Origin: Albugo candida | Taxonomy: Eukaryota | NCBI GenBank assembly: GCA_040437565.1 | Contig: JBDOQK010000048.1 | Span: 62,001-126,000 of the forward strand | Direction: 5' to 3' | DNA: 64,000 bases | In this document: piece by piece, positions 26,495 to 37,276 of the stretch | Layout: each line of letters opens with the position of its first letter | How positions within the stretch are numbered: the stretch's first letter is position 1 | The notes under the pieces: generated by a model | Database searches by the model: none | What the model saw: only the letters and a program-made list of their open reading frames with translations | What the model was told of the DNA's origin: nothing | Translations under genes and position numbers: made by a program

Positions 26495-27455
26495 TCATTG
26501 ACTGTATGCGCCAGCAAGGGTAATGCTCGGGAAAAAATACGACTGCTCAGAGGTCTAATGCGCAGCATGCATAACATTAAGCGCTGTAAGAATTGTTTGT
26601 CTATACGTACCTGATCATCAATCCATGTCATTCCTCCTCGTTGCAGTAGCGTCAAGGCAATCATGGAGCGCTTCTCATCCCATTTAAGTTCTTTTGTTAT
26701 GAGAGACATATCGATCCTACCCCCAGTGGTTTGTGCGATTGCTAATATCGCTAAATGATCAGAATTGAGTTCAGTTGGCACTGTTACAATCTGGTAGCAA
26801 TGATCAGTGTTAGAGCAATAGATTGCAATCAACACGAGCACATACCATTGTTCTATCTTTCAACTCGATCAACTGGAAACCTTCACCCAGAATTCTAAGT
26901 TTATTTATTGCACGGCGGACGTCGTCATTCGATATGCGCTATGTAAGGGAAATTACGCATGGTGGATAATTTTGTCTCAGACTCACTTGTTTATTTTGAC
27001 CTCTTTTGATATGTAAAAAACGTAGCAAGTCCGACATCGTAATCAGTCCTCCATTTTTCGGCCTACCAACGTGCATTAGGCACGACTAGAGCTCGACTAA
27101 TGGGATGCTTTACGTTTCACCTTGTGATAATGCAGACTTCAATGATCTGGACTGCAAGCTCATAGTAGAACTCACCGAAGGAAAGCATCTCCGACCAAAA
27201 TCCTTTATTAGAAACCAGTGGATCGACTCCTATTTTAGAGCACATGATCTGAAAATGCTTTCGAAATTCGGGGTCCTTTTTTATGTCTTGTTTGTATCTT
27301 TGAGCAAAATCCTGTAGGTTTATACGAAACAGAGATAGTTGAGAATTGATGTGCGCTAATTTCGCTTCTGAAAATTGATCGGCAGCTTCTGTGTATTGCT
27401 TCACATTTTCCTGTTTCTTTCTCACTGCGGCAACACCAACACCTCTTCGTAGCAT
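26495..27455 (-). CDS. SNF8: ESCRT-II subunit VPS22/SNF8 (EAP30), 5 exons, about 247 aa
   Basis: [14 protein letters not shown]...[51 protein letters not shown]...NGGLI...VPTELNSDH...WIDDQ...YFFP. Introns 27063-27120, 26939-26986, 26791-26845 and 26555-26610 give 744 nt in frame. Confidence 0.95.
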
Positions 27456-27608
27456 CCTGTAAGGTAGATAATTAGCCAATACCAGAAAGAGTATAAGTGT
27501 TTTTGAAACGTGACAAAAGCACAGGCTTAATCCTGGAACTAGGCACCCGTGAAGATGGCTACACACTTTCCTCAGAAAACGTATAGAGGATGTTACATTC
27601 CCACCTTG

Positions 27609-27973
27609 CTACAACAACACCCGCCAGTCGTCCCATCGTGTGTACTCTTCGTTCCACTGCCTTCCCAACAGAAGTGGTGCCGCAAATTCGATGAAGTTTT
27701 GAAGTGCAATATCGAGACCGATTGCCATCTCTACTTGACCTAGCTGCTTGGTGAAGAACAAGCCACAAATTCGTGAATCAAACGCCGCAACCAAAATATT
27801 ATGAAAATATTCGATTATATATATGTGTGCTTCTGAGCCTTCTAGACCCCTTGTGGGGTTCACCATCTACGACACTTTGCTACCCTTATTGCAAAAGCAT
27901 TCTGGGCAAATATTACGTGGTAAAGCAATTGAAAATCATAATTTGGCTGCATCAACTGAAGCAGTAGCGACAT
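27609..27973 (-). CDS. Possible small hypothetical spliced ORF upstream of SNF8
   Basis: MSLLLQLMQPNYDFQLLYH joins in frame through a 50-nt GT-AG intron to ORF 27609..27866. No recognisable family. Confidence 0.25.
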
Positions 27974-28734
27974 TGTGAGTTGCAAAGTCTCGAAGATGCC
28001 CCTGCAATTACGACTTTATCCTACTAGTCGTAGATGAATGTGGAAAGCACACCATTATAAACTGACCCCCCCCCAGTATGCCAGATTGAGCCCTATATGG
28101 GAAGGAACATAACGTGCAGTTCAGCAACAACAAAAAATACCACGTGTATTACGTCCCAAACGTGCTAGTAGATATTCATTCCATTGTGCTCAAAAAAGGC
28201 TAAGCGGTACGCACAATGTGAGTGAATGACATGATATTTACATGTTTGTGCTGATCCACAGCGCCTCTCAAGACTTCGGTCCTTCAGACGAGTGTGTGAT
28301 CAAATCTCTATCGTTCGTGTCAATTTGATCGTTTCAACCAAAATGATTCCCGTTTTGATTGACGAGAACTGTGACATACATATGACTTCAATATTAACAA
28401 TCATTCAGCACTTGCATACTTTAATGATCAATTGACGTTGCTGTGCCATTTGCGAAACTTTCCTACGTCATTCGTGTCAAAAAGTCTCATCATGAAGATT
28501 GGGAAGCTATGTAAACATTTGAGAAATCAGCAAAGTCTACGCGTCCGGATTTACAGCAAAATACAGCGGAAGCGCTGTGAGGTCCATCCTGCATATACAA
28601 CAAGATTGAGCAGAAGAAGAGCTACGGCTAAATATTCAACTCTGTATGAATTATGTTTCAAGGATATTGACAAGCCAGCGTTGCAAAAATATCTGACATC
28701 AATCCTCCAAAGATTGGTTGTATCAGCTTCATAA

Positions 28735-29350
28735 TCATAGCGTGCAGCCCCAAGTAGTCCCGAACTGAGCGCATCGCGAATGTGTCCAGAGAACGCACTC
28801 GTATCCTCCAAGATGGCTTGGGTTGTTTGAACTACAATCGCCCACCACCCGTCTCCACATGCCCGGGCAGTTGTATCCAGCTGGCATGATGCCTGAGCCG
28901 GAGCATACCGGGCCTGATACGCAATATGTTGCATCTCCTTGAACACTGATAGGTGTGCATTCAAAATCGAATTCAAATCCGAGTCCTTAATTAGGATAGC
29001 CGGAGTAAGGGTTGAAGGCACCCCTGATGGCTGATCGAATGGATTGTATTGCCCATAGATAGACAGAGTTGCTATAGGGGACCGTATAGGTGATGCAGGA
29101 TACTGAGTGTTTAACCAGTACCGTATGGATATGATCCAAAAGAATTTGCCATTTAGGGGGACAACATGGTTTGTGCTCCATATGGTGCAATTCCACTGAA
29201 TTCAGCGTTGCTGTCGGGTTCGGAGCTCACTTCTTCGAATTCCTTTGCCAGTGGCTGCGTTCGTTCACCCCCAATGGTGCAAAATAGCATGGCTGCTATT
29301 GCGCTGAAGCATAATATCCGACGAATGTCTATTGCAATAACTTTAGACAT
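28735..29350 (-). pseudogene. Pseudogene of secreted G/P/Y-rich protein with oomycete Cys-rich 'GDATYC-GPVCS...WGC' domain
   Basis: Signal-like IRRILCFSAIAAMLFC; several in-frame TAA stops and frameshifts; C-terminal frame reads CTPISVQGDATYCVSGPVCSGSGIMPAGYNCP...DCSSNNPSHLGGYECVLWTHSRCAQFGTTWGCTL*. Confidence 0.8.
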
Positions 29351-29527
29351 AAATAGTTTGAATTATGCATTCACTTTTTCAATAGCGCAAACTAATTCCA
29401 TCAAAAATCCAGATTATCTGTTTGTCGTGCAACGCGACATTTATACCTCCCATCTGTACGAATTGATGCCAATTTCGCATAGTGCAAGACACTTATAACT
29501 ATACCCTCAATTTTTAAAATATATCTA

Positions 29528-30342
29528 GGGTATTGACATCCCGACAACTTCTTTTTTAAATTACAACATGCCTAAAATTATACTTTCACAGCTTTATCGT
29601 TTTTGCAAAATACATAAATGTTTTTACACTTCAAGCTAATTACATTCATACACACCTTAAATTGGTGCTCCAACAACTTCAATCGGATATTATTTATGAT
29701 TGGCTAATACATTGAATGTTTTAACTGTGATAGGCTATTATATGTGACAATTTCCATTTGACTCTTAGCATTTGAGCATCGGACACAGGGAAATGCAGGG
29801 GCAGCAATTGGGGAAAATCGGCCATAACAAGCGGTCTTGCAGAATTCCGGCTACAAGGTTAGTTTCAGGACAAGCTTTAGTAAAAAATTAGATATTTTTC
29901 CTTCACAGAAGTTTTTCTTAACACATTTTCTTTTCGGCCGTTGAAATAGAATAACTTTTGCATATTTACGACGCATTATAGCTCAACAAACTGGCAATGA
30001 ACTGTCTATTACTGATGAGTGTTTAGCTCAGTTGCAGGTATCTGTATCTACAAGATTTAGCCTTAGACGTAGATGGCTTCTAGTAGTTATAAATGTAAAC
30101 TCATTTATTTTTCAAGAGTAGTGGGAGTAGTAATTCAACTAGGCATGACGTAATCTAAATTAAAAATAAATGTAATTTAAAATGTAATTTAAAATGTAAT
30201 TTAAAAAAATAGTTGTCGGGATATCAATACCCATTAATTATTGTCCCCAAAAAGTTGTGGGAGCAATAATCTAAGTAGGCATGATGTAATCTAAAATGAA
30301 AATAAATGCAATCAAAAAAAAGCTGTCGGGATATCAATACCC
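29528..30342. mobile_element. Non-autonomous TIR DNA transposon, probably Mutator-like; 8-bp TSD TATATCTA
   Basis: Left end GGGTATTGACATCCCGACAAC is inverted relative to right end GCTGTCGGGATATCAATACCC. TATATCTA occurs at 29520-29527 and 30343-30350. A second copy of the right TIR ends near 30231. Internal remnant G-K-I-G-H-N-K-R-S-C (zinc knuckle) lies near 29810-29840. Confidence 0.8.
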
Positions 30343-30952
30343 TATATCTATTTATAGATTTTTGGGGAAGGACTTCTGATTGGGACCAAAAACTCACGAA
30401 AATATCCCTGACAGACATTAGTGCTGAATTTTTGAGATTAATGTCGATAAAATAAAAATAAAATTCCAAGCCCGGCACTGGCCCTAAATCAGCCATGCCA
30501 CGTCTTAAAAGCAAAGGAAGCACCTACGTGCGGCGTCAAAGGCAGCTACGGAAAAGAAGAGTCAGAAACTTGGAGCAGATGAGGATGTTCATGAACGAAA
30601 TGGCGAAACAATTTTCCTGAAAAGCAATGGTTCTTCTCATACAACCAGTGAACACGACAGTGAAAACAAAATAGAAAATGGCGTCGAAGATGCTGACACA
30701 GTCATTAACACCATAGAGAGAGCTGTTCTTCTAGTTCTGGACAACAGCAATCGCCCCCTGCGCTATGTTGAGAACTCGTTGCGTGCACGTAGACGCAAGA
30801 ACGCGATGCTGAAGAAGGCTGCAGAAGGCTCAAAACCATTAACATCGCACAGGCAGCCGAAGATAACGGTTGTAGAAGTTGTTGGAGAGGATGAGATTGA
30901 TGCGGAAAGCGAAGCGGGTGATGAAGCTGACAATGATGAGAATGGCGATGTA

Positions 30953-32226
30953 CTGTAGATTACAAAAACTATACGTTATTTTTCTAAAATCCACACCAAT
31001 GAAATAAGATAAAGAGGACTATTTACCCATATAACTTTATGTTTCCGACTCCAAATAATTTGTGAAATGTGAAGACACGTTGTTTAAGCACTAAGGAGAA
31101 AGCTACCATTGTCGGATTGCATCAGGCAGGTTCGAAACAGCGAAAAATCACTGCCCAAACAGGTTTCACCCAGTCAGCCATTTCGACAATTCTACAGAAC
31201 TGGCGTAGAATAGGTGCGGTGGAGGGCCCAAGGAACACCATCAAAGCTGTCAGAAAGGGACCGCATGTCTATTGGGCGCACTGTGATGCAGAATAGGCGG
31301 GCGCCACTAGCAGAAATCGCGAACAATGCGAATACTACGGCATTGCTAGGTACAATCCGTAGCGCCCTCCATGAATTGGGCTTCAAGAGCCGCATTGCCG
31401 CCAAGAAGCCTTTTTTGACGGATGAATACAAGGTTAAGAGATTGGAGTTTGCTCGGAAATACAAAAATTGGACAGCAGAGGACTAGAAGAAGGTGTTGTG
31501 TGGCGTCGCCTGGATGAATGAGTGTTTGGCGCCAACATTTAGGAGTGGACGGTCCTCATTGATGATGGGGTGCTTTTGCTGGTGAGAGGAGTATACAGAT
31601 GGTAATCATGCCACTTTAGCATCGCACTGCCACCGAATTTGTCAATCTGATCTATGACGCTGCACTTGGACCATGTATGGACGACCAGGATGACAAGAAA
31701 GGCCTCATTCTTATGGAGAATGGTTCACCAGTCCACCGGAGTAGTGCAGCAAAGACCGGGCGTGAAAGCGGTCGCTTGCAAAGCTAGAATGGACTTCCCA
31801 AAGTCCTGATTTCAACCCATCGAAAACCTGTGGTAGAATCTTGAAGATGCCGTCCAGAACCACGACAGGCCAAAAAACGTCGAAGAAATGGCTACCATAC
31901 TTGGTGAAGAATACGGCAAGGTATCCCTCGAGATGCTTCGATGCCTAGTAGATCAATGCCAAGGAGAATTGCTGCTGTTCTTGCTGCCAAGGGTGGATCA
32001 ACTCGCTGGTGAAGCCTCCCCAATGCCACGCACATTTTCGACGAACACTGCAATTTCTGCCTATAAATACTGCAGCAACGACTTTTAACATAGTTCAATG
32101 TCAGTCCCGAGCATTTTTTTTAGATAAGTTTGGCTCTTTGATCATTAAAAATTGATTCTTTGTCAAGGTTGAAGCGATAAACTAACCCTCACATAAAAAA
32201 TAACTCATAATTTTCGTAGGCTACTG
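30953..32226 (+). mobile_element. Tc1-like DNA transposon (defective), 1,274 bp, TA target duplication
   Basis: Imperfect TIRs (left CTGTAGATTACAAAAACTATACGTTATTTT; right, reverse-complemented, CAGTAGCCTACGAAAATTATGAGTTATTTT), TA at 30951-30952 and 32227-32228. Transposase remnants: HTH LSTKEKATIVGLHQAG...SAISTIL, PSKLSERDR, AAKKPFL...KRLEFARKYKNWT, ILMENGSPVH, SQSPDFNP; contains stops and frameshifts. Confidence 0.9.
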
Positions 32227-33433
32227 TACTGTACGTAGCCGTTTGTGGTCAGACGGGGCTCTCATCATGGTAATTGAGAAGCTCACCAAGCCGGCACAGA
32301 AGGGAAAAACGGAAAACCATGCGGCGCGTGCCTCTGCAATACTTGCATACTTTCGCTTAATAAAATGCGGAAGGAGAAGGATGGCCACCAGCTCCCTTAT
32401 AGCAGATGCAGCTGGAAAGGGGGTATATTACGCTAAATTAATTCGTACATGGTCCTTCGCCTTCCTGGAGAAGGTTCTCTTCCTGAATTGAGGCAAGGAA
32501 AGCATGCCAAACGAAAACAAATCCTTCATGATGAAGATTGTATTTTGCCTTTGCAACAGTACCTTCGTGAAAATAAATTCAACGTGGAAACATACGAATA
32601 CTAAGATCCTTGTGGGATTGGGTTATGATCCTTCGCCAACAATATATGAGAGAACAATGATGCGCTGGCTGAATGCCTTCAACATCAAGTACCTTGAGGT
32701 TTAAAAGGGCATCTATATTGATGGGCATGAAAGGGAAGACGTCTATACATACCGCCATGAATTCCTCGAAAAAATGGAGGAGCTAGTACCTCAGATATCT
32801 ATCATCGCACCAAAAGGGGAAGATCGCGAAGGCGAAATAATGTCGCCATCAGCCAAAATTCGACCACTTCTTTTGGTTATCACATCCATGTCAAAGCGCT
32901 CTCCGCCAATGATAGTTTGAAACGCCTTTGTCTGCCGGATGGTGAACAGCCATTGCGTAAGAAAAGTGAAGGAAGAAGTATTTATGTGAGCAAATTCTTG
33001 TGCCCAATTTCAGGACATCTGGCATTGAATGAAGAAAAACGAGCGCGGTTTCCTGCACTACCAGAAAAAGCATGTGTGATTATGCACCCTGGTGTCCAGC
33101 ACGATGTTTGGTGGAAATCAAAGTTTTTCCGACAACGCTCTTCGTGCAAATCGAATGAAACTTAGTCCAGGTGGAAAATGTCCCCCCATGCGGTGGACAA
33201 CCTGGGGCGATGGAGTTCATCAGGATATGACTTTCCCAGAGGATTATGCAGACAAAGACCTTCGTGGAAAACCAAAGGGCATCAAAATTGTTCTTGATGA
33301 CTCGGTCTTTGGCGTGCAGGACTAACGCTTGACTGTCGTGGAAAGTGTCGTCTGGTGTTGCAAAACTGCTGCGCAAGAAAAATTACAGCAAACCAGCGCG
33401 ATTTCCTGCAACAGATGTGCATGTTGGAGGAAC

Positions 33434-33663
33434 TGTTGCTAATACCGCACGGAATGGGAAATTGCTTCACTGAAGGGACGGAAAAATAGAAGCATGTATA
33501 TTATTCATGACTGTTAGTTTGTCTTTCCACGGCCTTCGTTAATTACGAAACCACCGCGTCGGGACAGTCCCAGCGGAAGGTATACGAAACCACTATTTAG
33601 ATCTTTGGATCTTTTCACCAAAACGTCCGGCGGATGGCAATGTGGAATCGTTACTTTTCAACA
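33434..33663. mobile_element. Solo LTR (230 bp, TGTTG...CAACA) with near-perfect 5-bp TSD
   Basis: Begins TGTTG and ends CAACA; flanks GGAAC (33429-33433) and GGAGC (33664-33668). Removing it restores the host frame MLEELIRSSAHMIIFYPKFHC. Confidence 0.8.
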
Positions 33664-35821
33664 GGAGCTGATTAGGAGTTCTGCCCACATGATTATATTC
33701 TACCCAAAGTTTCATTGCAAACTTGATTTTATTGAGAACTTTTGGGGTGCTGCCAAACGATACGCTCGTAAAAATTGCAATTTTTCCTGGGTTGGACTGA
33801 AAGATGGTCATAAATGCATTGAAATAGGTAACTCTGGATGAGATACGCTACCACTGCCGAAAAGGCACAACGATACATGGACGTTTATCGCAAAGGTATA
33901 AGCCGCAAAGACGCGGAATATGCGGTCAAGAAAGACCGTTCGCACCGACGTGTTCCGAACTCCATCCTGTTGGCATAAAATGCCTTGTAGCATGATATTG
34001 GATATGTATCACAGACCAGAAATGTTGCGCTCTCTTATTAACTAATATGTACAACCCGGTGCTCTCGCAGTGGCTACAGTATATATGTCTATCAATAGGA
34101 AATAATTAACTGCGGCCAAATTTCCTTCTCTCCATACAAAATCACGAGAATTCGCCAAACTTCAACCTCTTACTACTTCGTCTACAATAGAAATTTAATA
34201 AACTCGGGCTCTATTGTAAGAAAGCCAATTCCATGTGCTTTCAGTATACGGAGAACATTTTGCTCTATTTTTTTTTTGGTATTAGTAGGAGTTCTTGTCC
34301 ATGGAATTTATGGTCTGATTATAATTGTCTTGCACTGTACTCGCACTATTCACAATTAGACGATCTCAACACGTCAATTATATATGCTCGATGATGCGAC
34401 ATAAAACGTGCGACTGTAACATATTCCATCAGGAATCCCGTAGTCGACAAGATTGTATTCGACTGCTAAGAAAAATCAGTAACAGATGAATTGTTATGCA
34501 GCTTCAGAATTAAGGTATTTTGAATAATATGGCGTCTTATCTTACCTCATTCAATCAGAGACGACCTGAGATCTTCCGTTACAATATGACGTACAACTCA
34601 TGCTATCATTTGATTGTGGTGCTTTAGTCGCGTCATCTTGATTCCAGCTTTAGTCGTACTACTCAGCTTCGTCCATCGAGTAAATGTCAAGCTTTGAGGC
34701 ACAACGCTCATCAGGTATATGAGTACCTGGTACTGACAGTGTGTATTGGAGATCCTAAGGAGGAATATGGTGGTCATGGACAGGCATTTACACAATACGA
34801 TATCTGAAGCGGTCACTGAAATCTTGCGTTGTGTACATAAGTCCGTCCGTGTCAACCTTCTCAGAAACTAAAATATCATCTCTTCGACATCCACAATCAT
34901 GAATGAATCTACATCACTCGGAATGAACCCTTGGAATAAGTGTACCTTGTCCGATAGCATGGGTCGATTAAGATATATGCCGCGAAAGGGAAAGATTCGG
35001 ATAAATGATGCAATGCCAAGTGCCAAGACTAGCCGAAAAGAAGTCTTGGAATAAGTATTCGGCAGCAATTCAATGCTTCGTGAAATGAAAGTTGCGCGCA
35101 TGTCAAAGATCAATCGTTTATGTCACAAAAAAGATGGAAAGGTTATTAGTGGAAGTCGAGGTTCATTACGATTAAGATGCATTGTTGGTTAGGCGATGTA
35201 CAGGCAGGCTCACATTCGTATGTGGTTTTGGTCATGGACCCACTGGTATTGCAGCTCGACGCAGAAAAATAATCTTAGAGCAGCGACCTTATGTGGCTTG
35301 AATTACGTCTTAGAGATTCTTAGCGAGCTATACGGACGACGTGCAGGCTAGTGACCACGTGCATCTATAACGAAAGATATTTACCTAGGACAACAAAACG
35401 GGTCAGCGCATGAGCGCCAACTACATCTGATTCTCTTGTAGAATGCTCTGAACGAATTTAAGCACAATTTTACATCGTCCAACAGGCAACCAAACTCATC
35501 AGCATTCGGTTGGAAAAAACGTGAGCATGTGATTGGAATGTTGTGCCTGCGCATGGACCCTGAATAAAGGAAAAGATTACATCCGTCAGGATGACAGATT
35601 TCTAGCATTATGTTTTCTCCACATTGTCGTGGCCAGGCGACGTTCGAATGCGCAGTTCGACAGTCAATCGAGGCTTTCTTTTGCATTACTATATAGGATA
35701 TAAGAGCGCTTCCGCAAACAGAAGGACGTGCAAGTTCATGCAGTTCACTACACTGTATGGGAGGTAAACTAAGTATTTTCGCTAGGCAAAAGGTTAATGA
35801 AAAAGAATTCGAAATAATATT

Positions 35822-37181
35822 CTACTCAACACTTCTATTCAGACTACCATCTCCTGAGGAATCGTTGAACGCGATTTCGATCGGTAGACATGATATTGCA
35901 TACAAAGCAAACGTGACAACCGCCCCGATGACGAAATTCCTCTTCCCTTTGACGCTGATTGGATCTTGTAACGGCTCTTTAGCTCTTTCGGTGCTTGACT
36001 TTATTCTCTCTTCGACAACTTCTTCAATCATTTCGCGTTTTCTCCAGTCGATACTTTGATATGGTGTAAGCAGACCTTTATCGACCGGAAAGGCGACGGG
36101 ATCTAAGAAATGATTTTGAATCTGCCTCACAAAATAGTTGTCTTCATTCTGAGTATAGCCTTCTAAACATGCAATATAGTTCTCCGAGTCCCGACTGAAA
36201 TATTGCGCACGGATAGTCTTGGCCACGTCGATGAGTGTTGGCGCAAACTCGAACAGGACATCGCGAAGTTGTGTATTTGCTAGTCCGTCAATTACATGTC
36301 CAAAGATTTCTGCATCCAGGGAATTTGGATGATAACCAAAACTGTACCTGGAACTCTTTTCTGACAGTTTTGCATTTAATGAGGTATAACAGTCTCTAGC
36401 AACGACATAAGCCTTGCACTTGCTTAATTTAAATCTGCGATCGTAGCGAGTATTACATTTTACCTGTTCTCTAGAAGAGATACCATGTGCTTGAGCTTCC
36501 TTCAGCGCTGCATTGCGCATCATTTTTGGAAGAATCCGATTTAGTGGAAACGGGATCACATTTCTAAGCTGTGGTAATGTGACTTCCTCGTACTCAACAT
36601 CGTCAACCCAACGACAGTATGACTATCGAAACAATAATTAAATCATCAAGATCTAGGTGTGTGCACCACTGACCAAAGCATACGCGAGCTTCTCCGTGAT
36701 GATACTCCTAAATGCAAAGACATCCGCTTTCTCTTCAGCCGTCAAATGAACATCAATATCGACATGAAACTACGATGGATAAACGTGTAAGAAGACTACA
36801 CAAAACGTGTGAGCAATTAAATGTACAGTCTGCAGATGTAAGTTTATATCGCTTTTAGAGAGTAGATAATTTCCATCGTGCAATTGTGGTAGGTCACCTT
36901 CAAAGCACTCTATCAAGAGTTCATCACAAAACTGTTTCAGTGTGCTTACCAGATACTTCATACTTTGGATATCGTGAGTTATGCACGTGTAAATTCAACT
37001 TAGCCATTCGTGCATATGCTATAATATTGTACGCTGGCCAAAATTGATGCAGAACAATCATGGATCCATAATCTTTAGAGGTTTTGGGCACAAATTCTAG
37101 ATATTCATTAGATTCTTTCCGCAACTTTTGCTTGAAAGGAGTCGACGGCAAAAGAGAGGTAAAACGGTTTGTTGGGAACAT
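35822..37181 (-). CDS. Metaxin-like mitochondrial outer-membrane protein (GST-like fold, C-terminal TM helix), 4 exons, about 399 aa
   Basis: AYARMAKL...SGDLPQLHDG...IDVHLTAEEKAD...YCRWVDDVEYEEVT...IPFPL...YSFGYHPNSLDAEIFGH; TM NFVIGAVVTFALYAIS. Introns 36898-36949, 36770-36826 and 36623-36673 give 1,200 nt in frame. Confidence 0.85.
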
Positions 37182-37276
37182 CTACGCACTGCCGCATTCA
37201 ACTCAGATCTGAGTCCGGCAAGGACCGGTGCGCTTTCTGAACCGCATTCGATTGTCCAATAATCTTGTAGAAGGCG

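Larger units (their letters stand above)
30495..33990 (+). mobile_element. Degenerate IS630/Tc1/mariner-superfamily transposase (PKFHC-type, long catalytic spacer), interrupted by two younger insertions
   Basis: Frameshifted fragments: KGIYIDGHEREDV, PDGEQPLRKKSEGRSIYVSKFLCP, NALRANRMKLSPGGKCPPMR, GKPKGIKIVL, CCARKI, IIFYPKFHCKLDFIENFWGAAKRYARKNC. Terminal repeats not identified, so boundaries are coding limits only. Confidence 0.75.

Noticed and set aside
28551-29021. 156-aa ORF (and its 165-aa counterpart 43531..44028) open in both duplicate copies
   Set aside because: Alternative frame overlapping the recognisable Cys-domain frame; starts at GTG in one copy and shared openness is explained by recent duplication.
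34070-34085. TACAGTA as another Tc1 footprint or the host element terminus
   Set aside because: A 7-bp match with no reading frame or partner TIR to corroborate it.
34100-35750. Possible decayed gene or retroelement fragments
   Set aside because: No recognisable protein motifs in the frames I read.
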